Shown: positions 40,990 to 53,756, counted from the whole stretch's first letter. The stretch is 63,100 nucleotides of DNA, filler included, from Malassezia furfur (GCA_052055015.1; 9 parts of 9 records of this genome joined end to end with filler, not necessarily neighbours in it); one strand, 5' to 3'. Translations and numbers: made by a program. The notes: a model not told the origin generated them from the letters alone.

Positions 40990-42221
40990 ATGTGTCGACT
41001 ACTGGGTAGGTGGTGATGATGGTGTCTAGGTGTCAGAGCTAACCTAGTGCAGTCTTCAAGGGCACAGAGCCTATTCTTCTGTCGCATTTGCTCACCCGAC
41101 CGGCGCACAGCATCATCAACCAGGTACGTCGTGGATCCAGCTCTGCGCCTCGTGATACTGACACGGTCGCCCAGGCGTTCGACTCGCGCCTTCGCATCGA
41201 CATGAACCAGCCCATCAATGTACGTCCCAGGCAATATTGGCGGTGACTGACACTGCTAGGGCGATGGTTTTGGTGTCGGCTGGTATGACTCGACGTGGGA
41301 CTCGGAACTCGGCGAGGCGCCCTGTATCTTTACCAGTGTGACACCGGTAGGTACCCATGGGCTGCAGCGTACTGACCCAGGCCTGGAACAATGTCAACTT
41401 GCATCGCATTGCGGAAAAGATCAAGAGCCCGCTGGTCTTGTATGTATGGCCCCCGGGTCGCTAACGTACAGTGGTCATGTGCGCGCCTCGACGGCGGGGG
41501 CGCTGAGTGAGACCAACTGCCACCCCTGGCGCTATGGGCGGCTGATGTGGTGCGTATGAAATCGCTGACAGCAGGATGCACAATGGCCAGATTTCGCAGT
41601 TTTCCAAGATCAAGCGGCGTGTGCTGGCGGCGCTGCCGGAGCCGCTGTTCCTGTGGCCACAGGGGCATACGGATTCCGAGTTTGCGTTTGCCCTGTTCCT
41701 GAGCCACCTGGGCAACCCCGAGAGCATGGACGAGTTTAGCTACCTCGAGCTCAAGGACGCGATGCTCAAGACCATCCAGAACCTCAACCAATGGTCCCAA
41801 GAGGCCAACATTCAGGAGCCGAGTTTGATGAACTTTTGTGTGACGGATGGAAAGAGCATTGTGTGCACGCGCTACGTGTCGAGCAAGGTGGACGAAGCCG
41901 CGAGCCTGGTACGTGTGTGGCTGACCCAGTACTTTTCGACCGGCACGTCGTTCTACGAGCACTCCGAAGGGGCCTACCGCATGGTCAAAGCCGACCGGCG
42001 GCAGAAGATTGTGGTGGTGGCGAGTGAGCCCCTCACGTTTGAAAAAGGTGCGTGCGGCACCGGCTGACCCGCAGCGGACTGGATGGAGATTGAGTCCAAC
42101 ACGATCCTGTGCATTACGCCCAACATGAATGTGCTGCAATACCCCATCATTGACGAATACCACACGCCGCGCACGAATGCGCCTGCGCGCAACCCCGACT
42201 TTGCGATGCGCGCTGGCTTCC
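40990..42221 (+). CDS. DUG3: Class II glutamine amidotransferase Dug3 (3'-partial); 8 introns: 41006-41052, 41124-41174, 41220-41259, 41347-41380, 41440-41471, 41550-41574, 41909-41929, 42048-42074
   Basis: Spliced MCRLLVFKG...RPAHSIINQAFDSRLR...INGDGFGVGWY...TPAWNNVNL...FGHVRAST...NCHPW...MHNG...TDSEFAF...ASEPLTFE. Confidence 0.93.
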
Positions 42222-42321
42222 NNNNNNNNNNNNNNNNNNNNNNNNNNNNNNNNNNNNNNNNNNNNTTAATTAATTAANNNNNNNNNNNNNNNNNNNNNNN
42301 NNNNNNNNNNNNNNNNNNNNN
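42222..42321. other. Artificial contig spacer
   Basis: N run with TTAATTAATTAA. Confidence 0.99.
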
Positions 42322-43628
42322 CCTTCCGCCGGCCGCCCGCGGCGCTGCGCATGGGCAAGAGCTCGCCCAAGCTCGGCGGACAGCCGCTCACCGACGACGA
42401 GGGCGCGTACCACGCGTGGGTCGAGCGCCTCGACGCGAGCGAGCGCGGCCTGCTTCGCTTCGCCGAGCAGTGCACGTCCTGGGCGCAGTGCGTGCGCTCG
42501 ATGTATGGGACGCAGCTGCGCGTCGCCGACGAGTGGATCGCCGTGTACCGCACCGACGCCGCGGTCGGCGTGCAGAGCGCCGTCGACCGCCTGCTCGAGT
42601 ACCGCACGCTCGTCCAGCACACGTTTTTGGGGACGGTGTGCGCGCGACTCGACGCCGAGCTGCAGCGCACCGTCACTGCCACAACGCACGCCGTGCACCG
42701 CCTGCTCGAGCGTCCGCGCATGGTGATGGCGAACCGCGCGGCAAAGGAGCACGAGTACCGCAAGTACCTCGCGGACCTGGCGCGGCGTCCGCACGCCCAA
42801 CCGAGCAGCGGCGCACGCGCCTTTCTCTCGATGCACGTGCAGCTCATGGAAGAGCTCCCGGCGCTCATCCGCGGCATCGCCCTCCTGCTCGACCGGTGCA
42901 TCGTGTTCTTCGCCGAGATCCAGACGACCTACTACGGCGTCGTGGTCGACGAGCTCCGTGCGTTCTGCGCGCGCCACTTTCCTTCCATTTTGTCGCCGAA
43001 CAGCGCATCCACACCGACCGCCGGCGCGAACCCGCTGCTCTCGCCCGTCGAAACACACTCCGAGCCGCTGCTCGATGCACTCACCGCGGCGCTCGTGGCG
43101 GGCAACCCCGAGGAGGCGCGCCAGCCCCCTGCGGCACTGCGCCCGGCCGCCGCTCCCATTGCGGAGCTGCCCGCCTCCACCGCACCCGCGCTGCCGGCCG
43201 AGCCACCCCAGCGGCCCATGCGCATCGAGGCGCGCGCACACGCCGCGGCACCGCGGCCCAAACCGCCGCCGCTCGCGCCGATCGACGTGTCGCCCACGAC
43301 GACATTCGGGGCGCCTCCGACGCCGCTTACGCCGCGGTCCGCGACCTCGTCCACGGCACCATGGACCCCGCAGCGGTCCTCGGTGCACCACGCGAGCAAC
43401 GCGAGCATCTGGGAGACGCCGCGGTCGTCGTTCACGAGCGCGCGCTCGTACTACGACGAGGCGCGCGCGTCGCCCGACCGCTCCGCGCAGCTCGACAGCT
43501 ACCGCCGATCGAGTGCGGGCCACTCGCTCTTCCGCGACGCCCGTACGTCGTTTAGCTCGACGTCGGGTGCCTCCATCTATCGCGACGCACGCACGTCGAC
43601 CGATACATATGCTGACGGCGCACCATAG
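42322..43628 (+). CDS. C-terminal fragment of a BAR-domain protein (possibly RhoGEF-BAR)
   Basis: RAAKEHEYRKY...FLSMHVQLMEELPAL...FAEIQTTYY BAR-like helices then a Ser/Pro-rich tail. Confidence 0.55.
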
Positions 43629-43689
43629 CGCGACATAGCCAATACAGGCGCCCTCGACGCTCGCCGTGTGGAGGTCGGTGCTCCTCGCG

Positions 43690-44372
43690 ATGCACGACGA
43701 CGCGTGCGTGCGCCCCGCCCCGGGCACGGTGCCGGCGCCGCATGCACGCGACTACATCCAGACCACGGCTACTGGCAATGCCATCTCGCGCCGCGCCGCC
43801 ATTTACGGCGCCGCCCACATCGTGCTCGGCGGGAAATGCATCGTCGAGCACCGCGCCGTGATCCGCGGCGATCTCACGCGCGCGCTCCGCACCGATGACA
43901 CGGAACGCTCCGGCACCTCGATGGCCATCTCGATGGGGCGCTACGGATGCGTGGGTGAGCGCGCCATCCTGCGGCCGCCGAACAAAATTTACCAGGGGTA
44001 CGTCGCTGACCACTCACGCAAGGCACTTCTCCTACTTTCCACAGCGCATCGGTGACTACGTGTACATCGGCCCACGCACCGTCGTTGAGGCATCTCAAAT
44101 CGGCAGCTACGTCGAGATCGGCGAGGACTGCGTCGTGGTACGTGTGCCGCACTCACCCACAGGGACCCTCGTGCGTGATCCGTGACTGTGCAGTGCTCCT
44201 ACCCGGCTCCGTACTCGCTCCAGAGACGGTCGTGCCGAGTCAGTCCATCTTTGGCGGTGCGCCCGCCCAGTTTGTTGCGCCCCTGCTCGAGTCGTTCCAG
44301 GAAGACTGTGAGGACCGTGCCCGGAGCGCCTACGGCACCTTTCTAGCGGGCCTCGCTCCACGTTCTACGTAA
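43690..44372 (+). CDS. Dynactin p25 (DCTN5); introns 43998-44022, 44138-44162
   Basis: YIQTTATGNAISRRAAIYG..HIVLGGK..IRGDL..ILRPP..IGDYVYIG..ASQIGSYV left-handed beta-helix. Confidence 0.9.
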
Positions 44373-44420
44373 ATTGTAGCCATTTCTCCACACTCCACCC
44401 CCACCTCCCTCGCACCCCCC

Positions 44421-45848
44421 ATGACGTCGACGACGCCGGCGCCCGTGCGCCTACCGTCGCTGCTGGACACGGATGTGTACAAGTTGACGATGCAGCAGGC
44501 CGTGCAGAAGCACTTTCCAGATGCCAAGGTCACCTGTATGTTGGCACGCACTTACCGCAGACCGATTCACGAACCGATCCAAGGAGATGCAGTTCACGCA
44601 GCGTGCGGTCGAATTGATCGAGCAGGGCATTCACCGTACGCGCACAACCCACTGACACAGACCTCGGCGACCTGCGCATGACCCCGGATGAGCTCGAGTG
44701 GCTCCGTACCACGTGCCCGTACTTCCAGCCGGCCTATCTCGACTTCCTGCAGTCGTTCCAGCTGCAGCCGACGGACGAGGTGCAGGTGCAGTTTGTGCCG
44801 GGTACGCAGGAATGCAACGGCGAACGCATGGGTGACCTGGAAGTCACCATCAAGGGCCTCTGGTCGCACGTCATCTTGTACGAGGTGCCCGTCATGGCCA
44901 TTATCAGCGAGACCTACTTCCGTACGGTCGACACCGATTGGACATCCGAGGGGCAGCGCGAGCAGGCTGCACGCAAGGCACACACCCTCCTCACAAACGG
45001 CATCATGCTCTCGGAGTTTGGCACACGCCGCCGCCGCTCGCTCGCGACGCACGAGGTGGTCATCCAGGGTCTGCTCGACGCCGAGGCGCAGCTTGCCAAC
45101 ACGCCGCACAAGGGTCGCATCTTGGGCACCAGTAACGTGCTGCTTGCAAAGAAGTTTGGTCTGGCGCCTGTAGGCACGGTTGCGCACGAGTGGACCATGG
45201 GCATCGCCGCGATTGGTGGCTACGAACACAGCAACCTCCGTGCGCTGCAGCTGTGGGACGACGTGTACGCCCCGCCGGCGTTTACGCCGCAGCGGCCGAG
45301 CGAGGATTTGACGATCGCGCTCACCGACACCTTCAGTACGCGCGTGTTTTGGGACGATCTCTTGTCCAGCGACAAGGGGATCGAAATCCTGCGTCGCTGG
45401 CGCGGCGTGCGGCAGGACAGCGGCGACTCGCGCGTCTTTGTGCGACACGCGCTCGACGTGTACGAGCGCATCGGCGTCGACCCACGGAAAAAGCTTGTGA
45501 TTTTTTCAGACGGTACGTTGTCACTCACTGACGCGCCAGGCCTCAACGTCGACAAGTGTCTCGAGCTGCAGCAGTACGCGCGCGACGTGGGTATCCAAGC
45601 CGGATTCGGTGTTGGCACGCACCTCACGAACGATTTCCGCAAGGCATCGAACCCGGACGAAAAGAGTCGCGCGCTCAACATCGTGCTCAAAATCAGCTCG
45701 ATTAACGGCCACCCCACGGTCAAGATCAGCGACGAGCTCACCAAGAACACGGGCGATGCCGACGAGATTGCGTACGTATACGCGCTGACCCAGCTTTGTC
45801 AAGCGCCGCTTCGGGCTCGAGGGCCAAGAGTCGGTAGAAGACGCATAA
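44421..45848 (+). CDS. NPT1: Nicotinate phosphoribosyltransferase; introns 44536-44560, 44636-44660, 45513-45539, 45772-45793
   Basis: SLLDTDVYKLTMQQAV, SEFGTRRRRS, GTSNV, GTVAHEW, GVRQDSGD, FSDGL, FGVGTHLTNDF. Confidence 0.96.
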
Positions 45849-45879
45849 CTATACAACACACAGATGGACTACGTTCGCC

Positions 45880-46394
45880 CTAGGCCAGCTCCTCGCAAGG
45901 GCACATGCCGAGCATCGCAACGACTGCGGTGAGCATGCCACGTACACTTTCGGTACTCGAACCGCTTGCGTGTCCGGTCCAGGTAGGCTGGCACGAGTAG
46001 CTTATCGATCTGGGTCAGGCTGCTCACGTACCGCCTCTTGGTCGCCAGCCAGGATCTCGTGCACGGTTGCGACGTCGACAAACCCGTCGTCGCGCTCGTC
46101 GAAGCTCTCAAACGCGTCGAGCAGCTTACGCGCATCACTCAGCGCGCCCATGCGATTGCCCATCATCGTCAGAAAACTGGTCGCGTCCAGGCCGCGATCC
46201 GACAGCTGCGTGCCGACCACGTCGGCACTCAGGTACGTCGGTGCCTCGGTCGTCGCGTCCTTCGTCCCAAGGCTGCGCAGCGTCTTGTTCACGTCGCTCT
46301 CGGTAATGTAGTTGTCCTCGTCGCGGTCCACTGCATAAAACACGCGCTGGAGCTGCTTGATCTGTGCTGGCGACAGGCTCTCCAGACCCGACAT
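45880..46394 (-). CDS. EF-hand protein, myosin regulatory light chain-like; introns 46010-46031, 45924-45945
   Basis: LSPAQIKQLQRVFYAVDRDEDNYI, FLTMMG, LLDAFESFDERDDGFV, FEYRKFV. Confidence 0.75.
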
Positions 46395-46457
46395 GATGCG
46401 CGACGGAGCAACAAGTGTTGTTGTCACGTGCGCCGACGGCCCTTGTGAGCGCTCCTC

Positions 46458-47486
46458 ATGTTGCTGCCCGTGACGCCCGGGCGGTCGTCGCCATGGCGTA
46501 CGCCGCAGAGCGCGGCACGCAGGATGCAGAATGCGGGGCGGAGTGCAGGGCGAGGTACTGGAACCTCGCCGAGTATGATCACGCCGGGTTCGGGCGTCGT
46601 CGAGGCCACCTCGCCCAAGTCGGTCGCGGTGCGTCCTCCGGCGCCGTCGACGATCGCGCCGGCGGCGCCGACGCCGGCGGCGCCTGTAATGCCCACAGCA
46701 CCTGTGGCGCCTGCAAAGCCAAGTAAAGGCAGTATGCCGCCGCCCGCGGCGCCCGAGAAGCGTGCGCCGACTGCGCGAGTGCAAATGACGCCGGCGACGG
46801 CGCAGCGCCGCGCTTCGTGGAACGCTGCGGCGCTTCTTCTCTTGTACGGTGTGCCGGCCGTGTGGCCACGGCTGCTGGATGTATATTATGATGTGCTCGA
46901 GATGGTGGTCGAGCTCGGCAAGCTGCCGCCCGACGCCGACGAGCTGATCGATACGGCGCTTGTGTGGCTGCGGTACGCCGTGACCATTGTGTTTGTGTTG
47001 AACCTTGCCGAGGCGCTCATGGTACGTGCGCCTCCCCCATCGGTTGAGGCGCGCCCGACCGAGGTAGGTGCGGCGTTTGCACGGAGTGTGTCGAGCGGCT
47101 CGCCGCTGACGCGGCCGGACGCGCCGCTGAAGCGGAAACCGAGCGGTGTACCGAGCCCCGTGACGCCGGCGTCGCCTGCACCCGGCTCGCCGGCGCGCTC
47201 GCCGTCGCTGCGTGCCGAGTCGCCGTACGGGCGCGCGTCGGCTGCGTCGCCGTATGCGTTGGGCCGCGGGCGGCCGTCGACGCCCTTTTCTGCGCGTGTG
47301 CCGTCTGGAGCGACGGCACGACGCACTCCGAGCCACAAAGACGTGTTTGCTGGGCGCAGTGTGAGCCGCTCCTCGCCTGGGCACACGCATTCGCCGCGCG
47401 CACGCACCGAGCTGGGTACGTGGGAGGGAGTTGCTGACCTAGACGATGCACACGAAGTCGAGCTGGCGCTGCAGCAGCTACGCTAA
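46458..47486 (+). CDS. Two-TM membrane protein with Ser/Pro/Thr-rich flanks (possibly Pom34-like nuclear envelope protein)
   Basis: WNAAALLLLYG and WLRYAVTIVFVLNLAEAL hydrophobic segments; many SP/TP sites. Confidence 0.4.
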   Translation: MLLPVTPGRSSPWRTPQSAARRMQNAGRSAGRGTGTSPSMITPGSGVVEATSPKSVAVRPPAPSTIAPAAPTPAAPVMPTAPVAPAKPSKGSMPPPAAPEKRAPTARVQMTPATAQRRASWNAAALLLLYGVPAVWPRLLDVYYDVLEMVVELGKLPPDADELIDTALVWLRYAVTIVFVLNLAEALMVRAPPPSVEARPTEVGAAFARSVSSGSPLTRPDAPLKRKPSGVPSPVTPASPAPGSPARSPSLRAESPYGRASAASPYALGRGRPSTPFSARVPSGATARRTPSHKDVFAGRSVSRSSPGHTHSPRARTELGTWEGVADLDDAHEVELALQQLR

Positions 47487-47510
47487 GGGGGCGAAAAAGG
47501 GTATCGAAGC

Positions 47511-48077
47511 CTATAGGGTCAAGTTGTATTCGTAGTCGCTCTCGACGCGCTGGCTGAACCAGAGGATCACAGCGCAGGCCATGATCAAGAGGTTCTGCAC
47601 GACGCCCGCGACGCCGAGCTCGATGAATCCCTCGGCGTGCGTGTTTGCGAGGTACTTGATGATGAGCACGGCCATGCTGCCCGCCATGCCGCCCGCGAGG
47701 AAGGCGAAGCCGATAAAGAGCCACATGCGCGTGCGCCAGAGGACGGGGTCCTCGTTCCACGAGCCGCTCTGCAGTGCGCCGTCATCTAGCAGATACTGCT
47801 TGTTGATCATGTTGACGATGATGAGCCCTGTCGTGGTGCACAGGCCCGACACCCAGTCGTCGAGTTTGATGGCGACCTCGGGCGGGTGGAAGGGGACGCC
47901 CTCGGGCGGGGGCCGGTGGAGCTGATGGGAGCGCACGCACGCGTCGAAGAAGATCCACCAGCCTGCGGCGAAGAGCGCGCCGCTCGCATACACGCCGAAT
48001 GCACGCCGGTTGGTGCGCAGCAGGAGGGGCAGGTTGGGGAGCCGCACGCGGCACACACGCCGCGTCTCGCTCCGCAT
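47511..48077 (-). CDS. VPS68: Vacuolar protein sorting protein 68
   Basis: GVYASGALFAAGWWIFFDA, DWVSGLCTTTGLIIVNMINK, WLFIGFAFLAGGMAGS, ESDYEYNL. Confidence 0.92.
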   Translation of the reverse strand: MRSETRRVCRVRLPNLPLLLRTNRRAFGVYASGALFAAGWWIFFDACVRSHQLHRPPPEGVPFHPPEVAIKLDDWVSGLCTTTGLIIVNMINKQYLLDDGALQSGSWNEDPVLWRTRMWLFIGFAFLAGGMAGSMAVLIIKYLANTHAEGFIELGVAGVVQNLLIMACAVILWFSQRVESDYEYNLTL

Positions 48078-48132
48078 TGTGGACGACGAGAGGGCCCGTG
48101 TGGCTTACGTCAGCCCTTTGTCGTCGACCGCC

Positions 48133-49192
<1,060 letters not shown>

Positions 49193-49292
49193 NNNNNNNN
49201 NNNNNNNNNNNNNNNNNNNNNNNNNNNNNNNNNNNNTTAATTAATTAANNNNNNNNNNNNNNNNNNNNNNNNNNNNNNNNNNNNNNNNNNNN
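49193..49292. other. Artificial contig spacer
   Basis: N run with TTAATTAATTAA. Confidence 0.99.
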
Positions 49293-49360
49293 GCGGCGCC
49301 GAGCCGGCCGCGGTGGAGGCGCCGCGGCCGCCCGTAGGTTGACTAAACGCCCTTTGTCGC

Positions 49361-50752
49361 ATGTCGGCGCGCATCTCGGCGCCGCCCACGACCGAGGCGA
49401 TGGAGTACGGCGCGCTGGAGGATGTCGTGCGCGACCGCGCGTCGCAGGTGGCCGTGAAAGAGTTTGCGACCAAGCTGCGGCGGCAGCAGATCCAAGGGAC
49501 ACAGGCGGTCGCCGAGGCGACCGCGAAGACGATCCGCGGCGTCGTCAGCTCGGCCAAGTACTGGCGGCTCGAGGAGCTCGTGCGCATGATCCGGACGGTC
49601 GGGCATGTGCTGCAGGATGCGCTGCCGTCCGAGCCGGTGATCGGCAACGTGACGCGCCGGGTGCTCTTCCTGCTGCGCGAGGAGGCCAAAGCCGCGCAGA
49701 ACCTGGGCGACCTTGCCGGCACGCCGGCGGCGGCGGGCGGCGCGCGCGCACAGCCGCACCCCAGTGTCGCGCAGTCGCTTGTGGCGCTGTCGCTGTCGCC
49801 GTCGGTGCCGTCCTCGCCGTCGACCTCGATGCACGGCGCGCGCCCCGACGTGATGCGCCGTTCCTTCTCGATCGCCGATCTGGTGCTCACCGGCGCCAGC
49901 GGCAGTGTGTCGCCGCACGCGGATGCCGCGGCGCACCTGGCGCAGTCGGTGGATGACGTGAGTGCGTCGCCACTGCGGCACGGCACGCGCGCCGACGAGT
50001 TGTCCGACAGCGACTCGGACTCGGACGAGGCGCCTGCGGCGGCGGCGGCGCCGTCGCACGCGTACCAGCTCAAGCCGCTGCTCATCCAGGCGATCCAGGA
50101 GCTGATTGACGAGATCGAGACGGTGGACACCAACATCTCGAAGGACGCGCGCGACCACATCCACTCTGGCGAGGTCATCCTCACCGTCGGCAACTCGGCG
50201 ACGGTGCGCAACTTTTTGCGGAGCGCCGCCAAGCACCGCAAGTTTATCACGGTGGTGCCCGAGTCGGCACCGAGCTTTGCCGGGCACCAGATGGCGCGCG
50301 CGCTGTCGGCCGCGGGCCTCTCGGTGCTGCTTGTGCCCGACTCGAACCTGTACGCGCTGATGCCGCGCGTGTCCAAAGTGCTGCTCGGCGCGCGGTGCGT
50401 GCTGGCCAACGGCGGGATCCTGGCGGCGGTCGGCGCGAAGCTCGTGGCGATGGCCGCGCGCGAGCACGCGACGCCCGTCGTGGCGCTCGCCGGGGTGTAC
50501 CGCGTGTCGCCCGACTGGACGTGGGTGGGCCCCGAGCGCCTCGCGCGGGGCAACCAGGGCGCGGTGTCCGAGGTGGTGAACTATGCGACGTCGGCGCGCC
50601 TGGCGGACGAGGCCGAGATTGCGAACCCGCTGTGGGACTATGTCGAGCCGAACCAGCTGGACGTGATCATCACCAACGTCGGCGAGCACCCCCCGTCCTA
50701 CGTGTACCGGTTGATCCAGGAAAACTACCACGAGCAGGACGTCAATCTGTAG
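49361..50752 (+). CDS. GCD7: eIF2B beta subunit
   Basis: KLRRQQIQG, EPVIGNVTRRVLFLLREE, DHIHSGEVILT, NPLWDYV, GEHPPSYVYRL. Confidence 0.93.
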   Translation: MSARISAPPTTEAMEYGALEDVVRDRASQVAVKEFATKLRRQQIQGTQAVAEATAKTIRGVVSSAKYWRLEELVRMIRTVGHVLQDALPSEPVIGNVTRRVLFLLREEAKAAQNLGDLAGTPAAAGGARAQPHPSVAQSLVALSLSPSVPSSPSTSMHGARPDVMRRSFSIADLVLTGASGSVSPHADAAAHLAQSVDDVSASPLRHGTRADELSDSDSDSDEAPAAAAAPSHAYQLKPLLIQAIQELIDEIETVDTNISKDARDHIHSGEVILTVGNSATVRNFLRSAAKHRKFITVVPESAPSFAGHQMARALSAAGLSVLLVPDSNLYALMPRVSKVLLGARCVLANGGILAAVGAKLVAMAAREHATPVVALAGVYRVSPDWTWVGPERLARGNQGAVSEVVNYATSARLADEAEIANPLWDYVEPNQLDVIITNVGEHPPSYVYRLIQENYHEQDVNL

Positions 50753-52566
50753 CGCGCGCGCCGCTGAACTCGGCCTGGCTCCAGCGCAGCACCTTGGGGT
50801 GCGCCATGACCTTGCGCGCCTCGAAGCCGATCACCTGCAGCGTGTCGAGCGAGGTGGCACGCGATAGCGCGACGTAGGCTTGCCCCTTTTCAAACACGCG
50901 GCGCAAGTCGATGCGGCAGCACGCGAGCGTCTGCCCCTGCGACTTGTGGATCGACATGGCCCACGCGAGCACGAGCGGCACCTGCGTGCGCGACGCGACC
51001 ACCTCGCCGTTCGGCTCCTCGTTCTTCCACGTCTCGGGGCGCACGAGCAGGTCGCGCGTCCCGCCGCCGGGCACGACGAAGCGCACGAGCGGCCACTGCG
51101 GCAGCGGCTTGCCCGCCTTGTCCGGCGACGCGCCGCGCTTCACGGGCGACGTGCTGCGCCGCGTGCGGTCGTTGCGCGCAAGCAGCTTGCTCGTGACCTC
51201 CTCGCGGTACACGTCGTCCTCGTCGCCGTACGCGTCGTCGTACTGCGCCTCGTCGAGGAAGTCAACCACGGTGCCGATCGAGCCGTTCACGAGCGACTCG
51301 CCGAGGTTCTTAATGAGCATCACCTGCGCGCCCGCCTTCAGATGCACCTGCCGCGGCGCGAGGAAGTTTTCCAGCACGCGGTCGCGGAACTCGCCCTGGA
51401 GCGTGCCGCCGTCCAGCGAGGTGTAGACGCGCACCTCGCTCGCGATCGCGTCGAGCCGCGTCTGGTTTGCGCGGTCGACGTCGCGGCGCAGCGGGAACAG
51501 CTCGGTGGGCGTCATGTTCTCGGGCAGCTGCGGCGTGCGCTCCAGCTGCGCAAACGCCCGCACGGTCGCCGGCGACATTTTGCCGTAGCGCATCTCGTTG
51601 AGCATGGTGACAAACGTCGAGTCTTTCTGGCGGAAGACCTGGGTGAGGTTGAACGTCTGCTCGATCACCTCGCGCCACTTGTTCGACTCAAACACAAACT
51701 GCGACTCGCCGCCGGCCGACACGGGCGGCAGCTGGAAAAAGTCGCCCGTGGCCACAATCTGGATGCCGCCAAACGGCTTGGGGCTCTTGCGGATGAGCCG
51801 CGCGACGGCTTCGAGCTTTTCAAAGAGTTTCGGGTCAATCATCGAGACTGCGTCAGCCACACACACACGCACTCTCGTCAATGATCAGCACCTGCGTCCG
51901 CATCCACCGCGTGACGGCCTTGCGGTTGCGCCGCACGTAGCTCAGCAGCCGCTCAGGCGACTCTTTCGCGAGGCCCACGCCGCCAAAGCTGTGCAGCGTC
52001 GTGCCCCCGACGTTGCACGCGGCAATCCCGGTGGACGCCGTGACCGCAATCGCGTCCGGCTTCAGCTTGTATTTCTGCTTGAGGTCCGCAATGATGTAGC
52101 GCAGCAGCACCGACTTGCCCGTGCCGGCGGACCCGGTGAAGAAGACATTGCGCCCTTGCTTCACCACGGTCTCCAAAACGCGCTGCTGCTCCAGCGACAA
52201 AAAGACGCGGCTCATTTGGCGCGGACGCGGCTCGTCTTCGGCCGCGGGCGGTGCCGGCGCCGCACGCGCTGCGGCGGGCGCAGGCTTCGACGCGACGCCC
52301 GACAGCGGGCGGATCAGCGCGTCAAGCGATGGCGCGGACGTCGTGCGCTTCGTGAACGGCGCCCAGCTCGCGTCCAGTTTGCGCTTTTTGTCTGCGTGAG
52401 GACGCGACGTACCTAGGTGGGTATTCGTGGCCTCGGCCAGCGGCGTCGGCGCGGGCGGCGCATCGGCGGCGGCGGGCGTGCCCGCAGGCTCTGCCGCACC
52501 GCTTCCACGCGTATTCTCCGACCAGGATCGCTTCAGCATGCGCAGTCCCGACCGCGGCTCCGTCAT
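50742..52566 (-). CDS. PIF1: Pif1 5'-3' DNA helicase; intron 51848-51872
   Basis: [74 protein letters not shown]. Confidence 0.96.
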
Positions 52567-52683
52567 GGTGCACGAGACGAACCGACCAACGCCCACCACG
52601 CGCCGCGGCGCGTCGCGCCCACGTGCCGAATCGGCCACAACGCCGCCTCGCATCGGGCGACCGACCGCGGAGCCTGGGCGAGG

Positions 52684-53058
52684 ATGCAGCACGCAGTGTA
52701 CGTCGCGCGCGCCTGTCCTCACACAGTACGCTCGCGATTCCGTGTCCAGATGATGCCGCAGCACAGATCGTGCAGCAGGTGATTGGCGTCGACAAAGAGC
52801 TGCGGCCGCACGACGTGCACAAGGAACTGTGCATCGAAGGCGCCGCGGCCGACACCGTCTTGCATGTGTACGTCGTCCCACTGACGCAGGACGATGCGCG
52901 CTACAACGCTGCGGCACCTGCGACTGGCACTGAATGCGTTTTTGGAGGATGCAGCGCTCATCCTGCGTACCATGCAGGCCTTCCAGCGCAGCGGCGCCGA
53001 GGCAAGCACCGACGCCGACGGGCCGCTCGAGCAGGGCGCGACCGGCATCGCGGGGTAA
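52684..53058 (+). CDS. PCC1: KEOPS subunit Pcc1; introns 52698-52726, 52868-52889
   Basis: Spliced MQHAVTLAIPCP...VDKELRP...[28 protein letters not shown]. Confidence 0.85.
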
Positions 53059-53299
53059 GCGCCCAGGGTAGGGCATGCGCGCCATGCAGCGATGGCGCGA
53101 CGCCATCCCTTTATCTTCTGTGCCCCCGCACGCACCTCTGGGTCTGCGCCGCTGCTCCCTGGGGCGCCCTTGCGGCGCGGCGCCTCTTGTATACCATAGC
53201 CACGCAACGTAGCGCACGACCTGTTAGTGGGCCTTGTGGGTCGCCTGCCTTCTTCTGACCCGGCTCGCCGCCGCCGCACGCCGGTTGCCCCCCACCACC

Positions 53300-53743
53300 A
53301 TGTCGTCGGCCGCGCGGCCCCAGGCGATCCACCATGCCGCGCACAGCGCCATAGACCCCATGGCGCAGGCGTACCCCGCGCAAGCCGCGGCACTCTTTCA
53401 GACGTACGTCGACTTGCGGTACGCGGCATCGTGGCGCGATTTGCGCGTCATCGAAATCGTGCGCGACGCGTCCGGCGACGCGCGCACGTTTGGCGCACGG
53501 GGCTGGGCGCTGATCTGCGGCACGGCGCCGCAGGCCACGCAGCCGCAGGCGGTGCTGCCCATGTCGATTGAGCAGACGTTTGACACGGCGATGTACGTGG
53601 CGCACTCACCCAGGTTCTCGAGCGTGTTTGCGCAGCTGCCTGACGACGTCGCCGCGTCGCACCTGCTGCTGGCGATGATGTCATCCGACTCGACCGTCGT
53701 GTACTACAAGCTGTCGCAGGGCCTCGTGAAGCCCGTCAACTAG
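53300..53743 (+). CDS. SEN15: tRNA splicing endonuclease subunit Sen15; probable in-frame intron 53593-53613
   Basis: LFQTYVDL...W...VLPMS...LLLAMMSSDSTVVYYKLSQGLVKP. Confidence 0.85.
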   Translation: MSSAARPQAIHHAAHSAIDPMAQAYPAQAAALFQTYVDLRYAASWRDLRVIEIVRDASGDARTFGARGWALICGTAPQATQPQAVLPMSIEQTFDTAMYVAHSPRFSSVFAQLPDDVAASHLLLAMMSSDSTVVYYKLSQGLVKPVN

Positions 53744-53756
53744 GGTATGTGCGCGA

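Noticed and set aside
38627..45848. IDO and NPT1 as an NAD biosynthesis cluster; Hook and dynactin p25 as a transport cluster
   Set aside because: Separated by a contig spacer
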